From: a virus
Taxonomy: Duplodnaviria > Caudoviricetes
IMG/VR virus record: IMGVR_UViG_3300031555_001519
Span: 32,001 to 96,000 of that record
Direction: 5' to 3' (one strand)
DNA length: 64,000 nt
Below the pieces are notes generated by a model. It did not search any database. It saw nothing but the letters and a program-made list of their open reading frames with translations, and was not told the origin of the DNA. Shown here in pieces: positions 1-11,081 of the stretch. Each line of letters opens with the position of its first letter. Within the stretch, counting starts at the first letter, position 1. Made by a program: the position numbers and the translations under genes.

Positions 1-89
1 TTGATTTAGGATATATTGAATGGCTTAAAGAGAATTACGGAAGAGAACCGGTTAGGAGCTTGTTAAAACAAATATAAAGGAGACATGAG

Positions 90-3000
90 ATGAGTTTTTT
101 TGGAATACATAATCATACAGCTCAAGATAGTAATTTAAGACTTAGAGATTCAATTAATAAAATAGAAGATATGATTGACTATGCTCATGAATTGGGTCAC
201 AAAGGAATTGTGTTCACAGGGCATGAATCCATAACTTCTCATCTTGATGCTTTAAAATATTATAACAACAAAAAAGAATTAGAGGATTGGCAAGGATTTA
301 AAGTTGCATTAGGCAATGAAATCTATTTGTGTAATGAGTCTGTTACGGCTGAAAATATTGGCCATAACAGATATCCTCATTTTATTCTTGTTGCTTTAGA
401 TGAACTTGGACATAAAGCTATTCGAGAACTAAGTACAAGAGCATGGACGCATAATGCTTTTATGCATGTAATGTACAGAGTACCTACCTATTACTCTGAT
501 TTGGAAGAAATAATGGAGCAGTATAAGGGGCATCTTGTAGGAAGTTCTGCGTGTTTGGGTGGAGCTTTACCACATAGGATTCTTGAATATTTGGCAACGA
601 AAGATATTAGTATTTGGGATTCTTGCGTTGGTTGGATTGAGTACATGAATGAGTTATTTGGACAAGGTTACTTTTTCTTGGAGCTGCAGCCTGGTGAAAC
701 CGAAGAACAAATTTATGTAAATACATGTTTGGTAAGTTTATCAGAACAAACAGGAACTCCTTATATTATTTCAACAGATGCTCATTACCTTAAGAAAGAA
801 GATAGAATTATTCACAAAACCTATCTCAATGCGGAAGATGGAGATCGTGAAGTAGATGATTTTTATGCGACTACTTATATTATGAGTGAAGAAGAAATTC
901 ATGAGTATATGGATAAGTATCTTAATAAGGACGTTGTTCAAAAGGGTATAGATAATACTATGTTAATCTATGACATGATTCAAGATTATCAGTTAGTCAA
1001 GGATTTGGAAATACCTTATATCCCCTTGAATACAGAAGAACCGGATAAAATTCTTTACGAGAAGTATCGTTCACACATTGAATTGTTAAACGATTTTGCT
1101 AGTTCAGAATATGATTGTGACAGACATTTGGTTCGTGAAATTATTTCATATATTGATACAGACCCATATTATCAAACAGAAGAAGCATATTATAAAATTA
1201 ATGAATGTTTATCATACATTAAAGATTCTTCTGAAAAGATGAAAGTGCGTTGGTCAGCTTATTTGTTACAAGTTGCCGATTATGTGAATATAGCCTGGGA
1301 AGCTGGTTCATTGGTAGGAGCTGGTCGAGGTTCTGGTGTAGGTTTCTGTTTGTTGCATATCCTAGGCATTACTCAAATTAATCCTTTAAGAGAAAAAACA
1401 CAAACATTTCCATGGCGTTTTTTGAATCCGGAACGTGCTTCTGTTTTGGATATTGATATTGATATTATGTCCAGTAAAAGAGATACTGTAATTCAAGCTT
1501 TAAAAGGCACATATGGTGAGGATAGAGTATCAAAAGTAATGACACTTTCTACTGAAAAGAGTAAGAGTGCAATCTTAACCGCAGCTCGTGGATTGGGAAT
1601 TGATAATGATACAGCTTCTTATATTGCTTCGTTGGTAGTATTTGATAGAGGAAACCCACGTTCTTTAAAGCAAATGTATTATGGTGACGATGATAATTCA
1701 CCGGTAGCAGAATTTGTTAGAGAGATGGATGCTAGACCAGAGTTATGGGCTACAGCTCAAAAGATTGAAGGTTTGGTATGTGGTGTTGGTTCTCATGCTG
1801 GTGGTGTTATTATTGTAGATAAGCCGTTTACAGATTCTACAGCTTTAATGAGAACTAAATCTGGAGATGTGATTACACAGTTTGACCTGCATATGTGTGA
1901 GGATTGTTCGTTAATTAAAATCGACTTACTGTGTATTGATGCATTAGATAAGATATATACAACATTGATGTTGTTATTAAAAGATAAAGTAATAGAGTGG
2001 CAAGGTTCTTTGAAAAAAACATATGATAAATATCTTGGAGTGTATACTTTAGAACGTGATTCAGAAAAAATGTGGCAGATGTTATGGGATCATAAAGTAC
2101 TCTCTTTCTTTCAGATGGAAAAAGAATCGGGAAAACAAGCTATTGCATTATCAAAACCTCATTCTGTGGATGATTTAGCTGCATTAAACTCGGTTATGAG
2201 ACTTATGGCACAAGAAAAAGGTGGGGAAGCACCTTTACAAAAATATGCTCGTTTTAAAAATGATATCAACCAATGGTATGAAGAAATGACATCCATGGGA
2301 TTAACAGTAGAAGAGCAAGATATTTTGAAGGAAATTTTAGGTACATCTTATGGAATTTGTGAGGCACAAGAACTATTGTTTTTGTTAGTAATGCATCCTA
2401 AAATCGGAGGTTTTTCATTAGCATGGGCAGACAAACTTAGAAAATCAGTAGCTAAAAAGAATCCAAAGGATTTTGATAAATTGCAAGAAGAATATCTTCA
2501 AAACGCAATAGAAAAGCAACTTTCAAATAAGTTGGTACAGTATGTGTGGTTTGTGTTAATTTTCATGCAGCGTGGATATGGTTTTAATAAGAGCCATACG
2601 CTCGCATATAGTATCATTGGTTTGCAAGAGTTAAATCTTTGCTATAAATATAATCCTATATATTGGAATACAGCAAATCTGATTGTCGATTCCGGCTCTT
2701 TGGACGAAGAATCAAATGACTCAACTAACTATGGAAAGATGGCAGTTGCAATTGCTTCTGTACAAAAAGAAGGTGTAAGTGTAAATCTTCCAGTTGTGAA
2801 CGAAGCTGATTTTGGGTTCAAGCCTGACACAGAAAACGATAGAATTATTTTTGGTTTAAAGGGTATTAATGGTATAAATACTGATATGTCTCAGGCTATT
2901 ATTCAGAATCGCCCATACACTTCTATGGAAGATTTTGCAGAAAAAATGTTTGCTAAAGAGATTCTACAAGGAACAGATCCTTTAACTGGACTAAATATTA

Positions 3001-4064
3001 TAGAAAAAATTCCGGCGGTAATTACCAATTCTAAAATGATACAGCTTATTAAAGGTGGCTGCTTCACGGAACTCCATAACCCAGACCGTAGAGTAACAAT
3101 GGAATGGTACTTACGAAATTATGTATTTAAACCATGCGATGGCTTAACAATGCAGCAATTCAATAAAATGAAAGAGCTTGATTTTATTCCTGAGAGTATG
3201 GATTTACCTCTTCGTATGATTAACTTTAAAAATTACGTGTTGGATGATGAAGGATTATATGAAAGGCACATTGAAGAAGGTAAGAAGATTCCAAAGAGAG
3301 GATATCATGACGGATATTATCTCTTAGATAATAATTCACAACCTTTCTTTAAACAGCACTTTACAGAAGATAGTGTAGTAGGCATCAAGGGCGAATATTA
3401 CATCGTGTCAGAGAAGAAGTTTACCAAAGAAGCTGATACACACATTCAACCCTTAAAAGATTGGATGGCATTGCCAGAAACACTGGAAGCATATAATGAA
3501 AGACTGTTTCAAGAGCTTTGGAATAAACATGCAGATGGTTCTGTTCCTCATTGGAATATGGAAGCACTTTGTTATTACGATGGAGAGCATGAATTGGAAC
3601 ATGTTGATGAAAAACTATATGGAATAGTGAACTTCTTTGATTTGCCGGAAGAACCGGAACCATATGAATGGTATACCAGATATATTAATGGAGAGCCTAA
3701 AGCGATTCCGAAGTATAAGATTTCAAGAATTGCTGGAACGGTGCTTAATGCGGATAATAATCATCATCTTGTTACAATTCTTACAAAGCACGGAAGTGTA
3801 AATGTAAAGATGAATAAAGGACACTACGCTTTTTATAATAAGACTATCTCAGAAGTTGGAGAAGACGGTAAAAAGAAAAGACTTGAAGAGAGTTGGTTAA
3901 AGCGTGGTAATCTTATTACTTGTCAAGGTATAAGACGAGGCGATCAGTTTGTGCCTATGATATATAATGATACGATTTATAAGCATACAGTTAACTTAAT
4001 CAAGGAAGTATATGAAGATGGTACATTATTAATGCAGACGGAAAGAACGTATGTTGATAATTAA
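90..4064 (+). CDS. dnaE: DNA polymerase III alpha subunit (family C)
   Basis: N-terminal PHP domain (HNHT, TGHES, DAHY), GAGRGSG, FLNPER..DIDID catalytic motif, HAGGV, YGFNKSH, C-terminal OB fold. Confidence 0.95.
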   Translation: MSFFGIHNHTAQDSNLRLRDSINKIEDMIDYAHELGHKGIVFTGHESITSHLDALKYYNNKKELEDWQGFKVALGNEIYLCNESVTAENIGHNRYPHFILVALDELGHKAIRELSTRAWTHNAFMHVMYRVPTYYSDLEEIMEQYKGHLVGSSACLGGALPHRILEYLATKDISIWDSCVGWIEYMNELFGQGYFFLELQPGETEEQIYVNTCLVSLSEQTGTPYIISTDAHYLKKEDRIIHKTYLNAEDGDREVDDFYATTYIMSEEEIHEYMDKYLNKDVVQKGIDNTMLIYDMIQDYQLVKDLEIPYIPLNTEEPDKILYEKYRSHIELLNDFASSEYDCDRHLVREIISYIDTDPYYQTEEAYYKINECLSYIKDSSEKMKVRWSAYLLQVADYVNIAWEAGSLVGAGRGSGVGFCLLHILGITQINPLREKTQTFPWRFLNPERASVLDIDIDIMSSKRDTVIQALKGTYGEDRVSKVMTLSTEKSKSAILTAARGLGIDNDTASYIASLVVFDRGNPRSLKQMYYGDDDNSPVAEFVREMDARPELWATAQKIEGLVCGVGSHAGGVIIVDKPFTDSTALMRTKSGDVITQFDLHMCEDCSLIKIDLLCIDALDKIYTTLMLLLKDKVIEWQGSLKKTYDKYLGVYTLERDSEKMWQMLWDHKVLSFFQMEKESGKQAIALSKPHSVDDLAALNSVMRLMAQEKGGEAPLQKYARFKNDINQWYEEMTSMGLTVEEQDILKEILGTSYGICEAQELLFLLVMHPKIGGFSLAWADKLRKSVAKKNPKDFDKLQEEYLQNAIEKQLSNKLVQYVWFVLIFMQRGYGFNKSHTLAYSIIGLQELNLCYKYNPIYWNTANLIVDSGSLDEESNDSTNYGKMAVAIASVQKEGVSVNLPVVNEADFGFKPDTENDRIIFGLKGINGINTDMSQAIIQNRPYTSMEDFAEKMFAKEILQGTDPLTGLNIIEKIPAVITNSKMIQLIKGGCFTELHNPDRRVTMEWYLRNYVFKPCDGLTMQQFNKMKELDFIPESMDLPLRMINFKNYVLDDEGLYERHIEEGKKIPKRGYHDGYYLLDNNSQPFFKQHFTEDSVVGIKGEYYIVSEKKFTKEADTHIQPLKDWMALPETLEAYNERLFQELWNKHADGSVPHWNMEALCYYDGEHELEHVDEKLYGIVNFFDLPEEPEPYEWYTRYINGEPKAIPKYKISRIAGTVLNADNNHHLVTILTKHGSVNVKMNKGHYAFYNKTISEVGEDGKKKRLEESWLKRGNLITCQGIRRGDQFVPMIYNDTIYKHTVNLIKEVYEDGTLLMQTERTYVDN

Positions 4065-4088
4065 ACAAAATTAAATTGAGGAAATAAA

Positions 4089-6353
4089 ATGGCAGAAAAA
4101 GATATAATTAAAGTAACAGTAGCGGTAGAACGTATCCGCTTTTATAAAAACGAATGGGGCATTATTGAATGTAGTATTGACCCTAAAAGAATAAAAGAAG
4201 GTACACCAAAACTTGACAGAAATGGCATAGCTATCTTTAAAGGAGTTATGCCACAACTTCAAGAAAAAAATCTATACAACATAACTGCCGAATATACAGA
4301 AGATCCAAAGTACGGTGGACAGTATAATATATTGTCCATCTTTACTGCTTTGGATTTTGGAACTGGTGATCCTGAAGGTCAAAAGAAATTTCTTTCTTCT
4401 ATATATACACCTTTGCAAGTTACGAATATGTATGAGGCATTGGATAATCCATTTAAAGCTTTAAAGGATAAAGATGTAGCTTCTCTTATTAAAATTAAAG
4501 GTTGTGGCATGGATACAGCAGACAGATGGATTCGTAAATTTGAACAACATATTGGAGAAGCCAAGATTTACACAGAATTGGAAGATTATAATCTTACCAC
4601 TAATATGATTAAGAAATTAATGGATAGATACGCTTCTCCAGAGTTGGTTATTGAAAAGGTAAAGAATAATCCTTATGTGCTTTGTAATGAAGTAAAAGGT
4701 ATTGGTTGGAAGACTGCTGATAAGATAGCGTTAGAAGGTGGAATAGGAGAATTTTCTACAAAACGAATTGCGGCATATATTGTTCATTATCTTGATGAAG
4801 CAGGTGAAAACGGTTGTTCATGGATTACGCCTGACGAGTTAATGGGAGCTATTCTTGAAGGCATAGGAGAAGAAGTTCCCGATGCGAATGTTACAGAAGC
4901 GATTCATGAACTCGGTGAAGAGTTATGGTGGAATGATGATAAGAGTAAGATTGGACTTAGACGATATTTTAATATTGAACATAAAATAGCAGAGGAGCTA
5001 CTTCGAATCCGTGATGCTGAAAGTAAAATTTCTTATATAGATTGGGAAGATACGATTAAGCATTTAGAGCATAAGCAAGGTTGGGAGTACACCGATGAAC
5101 AAAAGAATGGTGTTAAGACAGTATTAGATAATAATATCACAGTTGTTCAAGGACTCGCAGGAACCGGTAAATCTACTTTAGTATCTGCTATGATTGAAGT
5201 TCTTCGCAGCTACAGTTATGTACAATGTGCCTTGAGTGGCCGAGCTAGTTCCAGAATGTCAGAGATTACAGGGCAAGAAGGTTTTACAATACATAGGTTG
5301 CTAGGTTATCCTCAAGGAGATAAACAAGGATTTAAGTTCCATGACGAGAATCCTTTGCCTTATGATATTTATATATTAGACGAGATTTCAATGGTAGATG
5401 CTTACTTATTTTATTACCTATTGAGAGCGATTCCGGATGGAGCGAAACTAGTTTGTCTTGGAGATCCAGGTCAGCTTGAAAGTATTGGTTGCGGTAATAT
5501 TGCTCATGACATGATAAATAGCGAAGAAATTCCTACAGTAACATTAACCAAGATTCATAGACAAGCTGCTAAATCAGCTATTATTACAGAGAGTATTAAA
5601 ATTAGAAACGGTCAGCAGATTATCAATAAAGATTGGGTTGGTACAGAAACTAGAGGAGAGCTTCAAGACTTGCATATAGATTGTTTCTCGGACAAGACCA
5701 ATACTTATTATAAAGTTATCCAGGCTTTTTCTTCTACTATGGCACAAGATGATTTTAATATTATGGAAACTCAGATTATAGTGCCTATTAAAAATAATGG
5801 AGCTGCTTGCACTTATGAGTTAAATAACTCGGTGCAAGAATTATATAATCCTGAAGATAGACACAAAAAAGAACATAATGGTTTTTCAAATGGTAAATCT
5901 TATATTCTAAGAGAAGGTGACAAAGTTATGAACGTGGTAAATAACTATAAAACCTCTCCACCTATTTACAATGGAAACATAGGTATCATTAGAAGTATAT
6001 ATTATGATGAGATTTTAGATGAAGAAATAATGCTTATTGATTTTAAAGGAATAGGTGAAGTAAAAGTGCCGAGAGAAGCATGGAATAATATTGAACTTGG
6101 ATATGCAATTACGGTACATAAATCCCAAGGCGATCAAGCTAATCATGTGATTTTTGGTATAGACTTTACATCATATTCATTACTTTCTCGTGAAATGATT
6201 TATACCGGTATTACTCGTGCAAAGAAGAAATGCGACCTTATAGCACAGACAGGAGCGTTACGCATGGCAATTAGCAAAGAAGGAGTAAGTAAGAAACAAA
6301 CGCATTTACAGCAATGTTTATATGATGTAGCGCATCCAAAATTAATTTTTTAA
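4089..6353 (+). CDS. recD2: RecD2-like SF1B helicase
   Basis: HhH region (NPYVL..VKGIGWKTADKIA), Walker A GLAGTGKS, DEISMVD, GDPGQL, YAITVHKSQG, YTGITRAK. Confidence 0.92.
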   Translation: MAEKDIIKVTVAVERIRFYKNEWGIIECSIDPKRIKEGTPKLDRNGIAIFKGVMPQLQEKNLYNITAEYTEDPKYGGQYNILSIFTALDFGTGDPEGQKKFLSSIYTPLQVTNMYEALDNPFKALKDKDVASLIKIKGCGMDTADRWIRKFEQHIGEAKIYTELEDYNLTTNMIKKLMDRYASPELVIEKVKNNPYVLCNEVKGIGWKTADKIALEGGIGEFSTKRIAAYIVHYLDEAGENGCSWITPDELMGAILEGIGEEVPDANVTEAIHELGEELWWNDDKSKIGLRRYFNIEHKIAEELLRIRDAESKISYIDWEDTIKHLEHKQGWEYTDEQKNGVKTVLDNNITVVQGLAGTGKSTLVSAMIEVLRSYSYVQCALSGRASSRMSEITGQEGFTIHRLLGYPQGDKQGFKFHDENPLPYDIYILDEISMVDAYLFYYLLRAIPDGAKLVCLGDPGQLESIGCGNIAHDMINSEEIPTVTLTKIHRQAAKSAIITESIKIRNGQQIINKDWVGTETRGELQDLHIDCFSDKTNTYYKVIQAFSSTMAQDDFNIMETQIIVPIKNNGAACTYELNNSVQELYNPEDRHKKEHNGFSNGKSYILREGDKVMNVVNNYKTSPPIYNGNIGIIRSIYYDEILDEEIMLIDFKGIGEVKVPREAWNNIELGYAITVHKSQGDQANHVIFGIDFTSYSLLSREMIYTGITRAKKKCDLIAQTGALRMAISKEGVSKKQTHLQQCLYDVAHPKLIF

Positions 6354-6382
6354 ATCCTACTGAATAAAATTAAACAAACCTA

Positions 6383-6411
6383 TTGACATTTGTAAAAAAC
6401 AGTGTTATATT
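6383..6411 (+). promoter_or_regulatory. sigma-A type promoter
   Basis: TTGACA (6383-6388), 17-bp spacer, TG-n-TATATT (6403-6411). Confidence 0.75.
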
Positions 6412-6652
6412 GACTATACTAAACAAAATTAAACAAACGAGAGGTATAAGTAATGTTATGTCCTAAATGTAATAAGCCAATGAAAAATACAATGCACTTC
6501 GAACAAGGAAGGCAATATCAATATAATAGATGCCCCAGTTGTTTGGAAAGAACAAAGAACAAGCGTATACATTTTGAAGATATCTTAAAAGACGAGATAT
6601 CTAATAATAGTTCTGGAACTAAATAAAATTAAATAGAAAGGACAAGTGACTA

Positions 6653-7348
6653 ATGATGAAGAAAGTATTATGTATACTTGCAATCTTGCTATCTATGTTA
6701 TTAAGTGTAATATCAGTAAATGACAAAGAACAAGCAGAACCAATAGAACAAGAAGTCATCTATGTAAAAACAGAAAAGATAGAACCAGTAAAGCAAAATG
6801 AGAAACCAAAAGTAGAAGAAGTTAAAGAGATTACAAAGACAACTGAAGAGATTAAATTAGAAGAATTCAATTCTAAACTAGATAAAATTAAACATCTTAA
6901 AGAAGAAAATAAAGAGGAATGGTTTATAGCTTATAAAGATTTAACCTATGAATATGTAGAATGGATTGAACAATCAGAAACGGTTTTTGATGCATTTACA
7001 GAAGACGAAGTTAGGTTAATTTGTAGAGTGGTTGAGACCGAGACATATGACCAAGATTTTGATTCAAAAGTGAACGTTGCTAATGTGGTTTTCAATAGAC
7101 TAGACGATGGCAGATTTGGTGACACCATTACAGAGATTATTACAGCTCCAAAACAGTTTTGTTATGGGAGAAAAAATATAACAGAGAGTACTATTTGGGC
7201 AGTGATGTATGCATATGAAATGGAAGACACAACGCAAGGAGCTTTATACTTCCATTCTTTTGAAGAAGCCACACAGACTTTTAATAGGGCAAGTTATTTA
7301 TTTAGCGATAAGGCTATTCATCACTTTTACGGTTTTAAGGAGGAATAA
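6653..7348 (+). CDS. Secreted or membrane-anchored cell wall hydrolase (SleB/Hydrolase_2-like)
   Basis: N-terminal hydrophobic signal; C-terminal RVVETE..VANVVFNR..QF..GALYF..HHF pattern. Confidence 0.8.
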   Translation: MMKKVLCILAILLSMLLSVISVNDKEQAEPIEQEVIYVKTEKIEPVKQNEKPKVEEVKEITKTTEEIKLEEFNSKLDKIKHLKEENKEEWFIAYKDLTYEYVEWIEQSETVFDAFTEDEVRLICRVVETETYDQDFDSKVNVANVVFNRLDDGRFGDTITEIITAPKQFCYGRKNITESTIWAVMYAYEMEDTTQGALYFHSFEEATQTFNRASYLFSDKAIHHFYGFKEE

Positions 7349-7531
7349 CAAATGAGTTTTTTAACAGGGTTAGCGGCAGGATTTTTAATTGGTGTATTAA
7401 TATCACTCGTATTCTTGCGTTTCATTATGCGTAGCGGAGGTCGCAACAAGGAATATGATGCATATATGCAAGGATATTGTGAAGGACTTAAAAGAGCTGA
7501 TAAAGATAAAGAAAAGGAAGTGGCGTAACAT

Positions 7532-8122
7532 ATGAATTATACAGAAATGATTTCAGATGTAGAAGTATATGGACTAGAACAAAGTGTTAAAGCAAGTAAA
7601 TACCCAATGTGTGTTGATACATTTAAAGTAACTAATGAAATTGTAGACAGAACAATTAAGTTGGCTAGTGCTCCAAAGGGTAGTGGTCATGACAATTTCC
7701 TTAAAGGAATTATTGTTCAATTTGATTTAGCAATGACAGTAAAGATGAGTGTGGAAGAAGAAAGATATCACTTTATTGATTTTGTTTCAAGTCAGTCAAC
7801 AATGCACAAAATTACACAATTTGATTTAGATAAAGCATATATCAAGTATGTTGATAAACGTATGATTGAGATTATGAAAGAAAAAGTTTCTGAGTATAAC
7901 GAATTAACTGATAAAACATCTGAAGATGCTAAAGAAAAATATCTTGAAATTCTTTACTCTAATCCATGTGGATTTAGATTAACTTCAAGAATGACAACAA
8001 ATTATCAACAGTTAAAAACAATATACTCTCAAAGAAAAACTCATAGATTGCCAGAATGGAGAGCATTTTGTGATTGGATAGAAACTTTACCTTATGCGAA
8101 AGAATTCATTATAGGAGGTTAA
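7532..8122 (+). CDS. ThyX/Thy1-like protein (divergent)
   Basis: SGHDNFL, RYHF..SSQSTMH, TTNYQQLKTIYSQRKTHRLPEW pattern of phage ThyX-like proteins; sits among nucleotide metabolism genes. Confidence 0.6.
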   Translation: MNYTEMISDVEVYGLEQSVKASKYPMCVDTFKVTNEIVDRTIKLASAPKGSGHDNFLKGIIVQFDLAMTVKMSVEEERYHFIDFVSSQSTMHKITQFDLDKAYIKYVDKRMIEIMKEKVSEYNELTDKTSEDAKEKYLEILYSNPCGFRLTSRMTTNYQQLKTIYSQRKTHRLPEWRAFCDWIETLPYAKEFIIGG

Positions 8123-8125
8123 ATA

Positions 8126-8371
8126 ATGCTTTTATATTTCGAAGATAGTAAAGGACGCAGACGTTTAATATCAAACCCAACTACAGTAAGTGATATGTGG
8201 AAAGATATTAATAATTTTCTAGATGAACATAATTATAAATCAAAATATTCCAGAATTAATTTTGGTGAAACTGAATGGGTAATAGACGTAGGAAGTCATA
8301 GTGAGTTCTTTATAATAAAGGATTTTGATGAAGAAGATTTGAATGAAATTAAAGGAGGATATAATCAATGA
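8126..8371 (+). CDS. hypothetical protein
   Basis: 81-aa ORF with AGGAGG RBS. Confidence 0.6.
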   Translation: MLLYFEDSKGRRRLISNPTTVSDMWKDINNFLDEHNYKSKYSRINFGETEWVIDVGSHSEFFIIKDFDEEDLNEIKGGYNQ

Positions 8372-8592
8372 GTTTTGATACAGTAAATAATCCAAAACAT
8401 TATACAGACAGTTCTATTGAATGTATTGATGCAATGGAAGCTGCTTATGGTGTAGAAGCAGTAAAACATTTTTGCATCTGTAATGCTTTTAAATATCAAT
8501 GGAGATTTGAGAAGAAGAATGGAGTAGAGGATCTTAAAAAGTCTCAGTGGTATCAGAATAAATACATAGAATTGTGCAATAGAGAAAAATAA
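8368..8592 (+). CDS. DUF3310 family protein (T7 gp1.7-like nucleotide kinase family)
   Basis: DTVNNPKHY..IECID..NAFKYQWR..KNGVEDLKK..WY. Confidence 0.8.
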   Translation: MSFDTVNNPKHYTDSSIECIDAMEAAYGVEAVKHFCICNAFKYQWRFEKKNGVEDLKKSQWYQNKYIELCNREK

Positions 8593-8612
8593 GAATTTAA
8601 AGGAGATAGAAA

Positions 8613-8852
8613 ATGTTCAAAGTTAAATTAGATATTGATAATATTAAATATTTTCTTGTTGAGGTCACCAAGCTTGATAGTGATGTATCGCTTGTATCCG
8701 GTAGGTATAAGATAGATGCTAAAAGTATTATGGGTATTTTTAGTCTTGATTTATCAAAACCTGTAGATGTTGTATTCGAAGAAGATGCAATAGAAGGTGA
8801 ATATGAAGCTTTATACGACAAGTTAAAAGAACTAAAGATTGTAGCTGAATAG
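8613..8852 (+). CDS. HPr-family phosphocarrier-like protein
   Basis: IDAKSIMGIFSL (Ser46 motif); the 79-aa protein contains no His, so there is no His15 equivalent. Confidence 0.8.
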   Translation: MFKVKLDIDNIKYFLVEVTKLDSDVSLVSGRYKIDAKSIMGIFSLDLSKPVDVVFEEDAIEGEYEALYDKLKELKIVAE

Positions 8853-8858
8853 ATTGGA

Positions 8859-11066
8859 GTGAGTGGTTTGAAAGTTATAAAGAAAGACAGAACATTAGAA
8901 CAATATAATGAACAAAAGATAATTAATGCATGTGGTTTAGCTGCACAGAGAGCATTATATGATTTGAATGACAATGATTATGCAAATATTTGTAAACACG
9001 TTTTCGAAAGAATCAATGAAGAAGATTATTATAATGAAGATCTTGATGACGAATTAGTGCCAGTTGAAGATATGCATTCTATTGTAGAGAATGTTCTAAT
9101 GGAACTTTTTCCACAAGTTGGTGAAAGATATATTCAATATAGAAACTATAAACAAGATTTTGTGAAAATGCTTGATACTGTTTATACCAAGGAGCAAGAA
9201 CAAAGATATATTGGCGATGTAAGTAATGCAAATACTGATAGCACAATGGTTAGTACCCAGAGAAGTTTATCATATGGATTACTTAGTAAAGAATTATATA
9301 AGCATTTCTTTTTAACGAAAGATGAGCTTCAAGCAAGTAATGATGGATATATTTATATTCATGATATGAAAGATAGACGTGATGCTATCAACTGTTGCTT
9401 GTTTAATATGTCAAATGTAATCAAAGATGGATTTGAAATGGGCAATATTTGGTACAACGAACCTAACACTCTTGATACTGCATTTGATGTTATTGGAGAT
9501 GTAACTTTTGGAGCATCTGCACAGCAGTATGGTGGCTTTACTATCCCTCAAGTAGATAAGATTCTTGCTCCTTATGCAGAGAAGAGTTATCAGAAGTACA
9601 AAGAAGAATATTTGAATATAGCATCTGAATTAACTAATGATAAATTTACAAAAGATGATTATGTTCACATAGATTGGGAATATATTTCTGATAATTTGGC
9701 AAATGCTTATGCGACAGAAAAAGTTCGCAGAGAGTTTGAACAAGGATTTCAGGGATGGGAGTATAAGTTTAATACCGTAGCTTCTAGTCGTGGCGATTAT
9801 CCATTCATTGCAATTTCGTTTGGCGTAGGAACCTCCAAGTGGGAGTCTATGGCTTCTGAAATGGCGTTAAGGGTTCGTATGAAAGGTCAGGGTAAAAAAG
9901 GATTTAAGCGTCCAGTATTATTCCCTAAATTAACATTCTTATATGATGAAAATCTTCATGGAGAAGGAAAAGATTTAGAGTGGTTATTTGATGTTGCTAT
10001 CGAGTGTAGCAGCAAATCCATGTATCCTGATTTCCTTTCTCTTACAGGTAAAGGTTATATTCCTAGCATGTATAAGAAATATGGTAAAGTGATTAGTTTA
10101 ATGGGCTGTAGAGCAAGTTTATCTCCTTGGTATGAGAGAGGTGGTATGCATCCAGCAGATGAAAATGATGTTCCAATCTTTGAAGGACGTTTTAACTTAG
10201 GAGCTATTTCACTTCATTTACCAATGATTCTTGCAAAAGCAAGACAAGAAAACAAGGACTTCTATGAAGTATTAATGTATTATTTAGAACTAATTAGGAA
10301 TCTTCATAAACGTACATATGCATTTTTAGGTGAAAAGAAAGCAAGTACTAATCCATTGGGATTTACACAAGGTGGTTTCCTTGGTGGAACATTAAAGCCT
10401 GATGAAAAGATTAAATCTATATTACCACCAATGACAATGAGCTTTGGAATCACAGCGTTAAATGAATTACAAAGATTATATAATGGAAAATCAATCACGG
10501 AAGATGGAAGTTTCGCATTAGAAGTTATGAACTTCATTAACAATTATGTGAATCGAATTAAAGTAGAAGATAATATTTTATATGCTATTTATGGTACACC
10601 GGCAGAAAGTTTATGTGGTCTTCAGGTAGAGCAATTCCGTAAGAAATACGGAATTATTGAAAATGTTTCTGATAAAGCATATGTATCAAATTCATTCCAT
10701 TGTCATGTTTCAGAAGATATTACACCTATCGAGAAACAAGATTTAGAAGATAGATTTTGGGATTTGTTTAACGGTGGGAAAATTCAGTATTGCAGATATC
10801 CAATTGATTATAACAAAACTGCTATTAAAACATTAATTCGTAGAGCTATGGATAAAGGTTTCTATGAAGGAGTAAATCTTTCATTGGCTTATTGTGAGGA
10901 TTGTGGATATCAGCAGTTAGAAATGGATACATGTCCTAAATGTGGAAGTTCTATGATTACGAAGATTGATAGAATGAATGGGTACCTTGGATATTCTAGA
11001 GTTCATGGTAAGAGTAGATATAATGCTTCCAAGATGAACGAGATTGCAGATAGAAAAAGCATGTAA
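8859..11066 (+). CDS. nrdD: Anaerobic (class III) ribonucleoside-triphosphate reductase
   Basis: N-terminal ATP cone, YIHD, NCC, MGCR, TPAESL, CxxC..CxxC Zn site, RMNGYLG glycyl radical motif. Confidence 0.95.
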   Translation: MSGLKVIKKDRTLEQYNEQKIINACGLAAQRALYDLNDNDYANICKHVFERINEEDYYNEDLDDELVPVEDMHSIVENVLMELFPQVGERYIQYRNYKQDFVKMLDTVYTKEQEQRYIGDVSNANTDSTMVSTQRSLSYGLLSKELYKHFFLTKDELQASNDGYIYIHDMKDRRDAINCCLFNMSNVIKDGFEMGNIWYNEPNTLDTAFDVIGDVTFGASAQQYGGFTIPQVDKILAPYAEKSYQKYKEEYLNIASELTNDKFTKDDYVHIDWEYISDNLANAYATEKVRREFEQGFQGWEYKFNTVASSRGDYPFIAISFGVGTSKWESMASEMALRVRMKGQGKKGFKRPVLFPKLTFLYDENLHGEGKDLEWLFDVAIECSSKSMYPDFLSLTGKGYIPSMYKKYGKVISLMGCRASLSPWYERGGMHPADENDVPIFEGRFNLGAISLHLPMILAKARQENKDFYEVLMYYLELIRNLHKRTYAFLGEKKASTNPLGFTQGGFLGGTLKPDEKIKSILPPMTMSFGITALNELQRLYNGKSITEDGSFALEVMNFINNYVNRIKVEDNILYAIYGTPAESLCGLQVEQFRKKYGIIENVSDKAYVSNSFHCHVSEDITPIEKQDLEDRFWDLFNGGKIQYCRYPIDYNKTAIKTLIRRAMDKGFYEGVNLSLAYCEDCGYQQLEMDTCPKCGSSMITKIDRMNGYLGYSRVHGKSRYNASKMNEIADRKSM

Positions 11067-11081
11067 CAAAGGAGTAGATAT

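Noticed and set aside
90-11066. Inteins or introns in dnaE, recD2 or nrdD
   Set aside because: Lengths are ordinary and no intein terminal or LAGLIDADG motifs or frame breaks were recognised.
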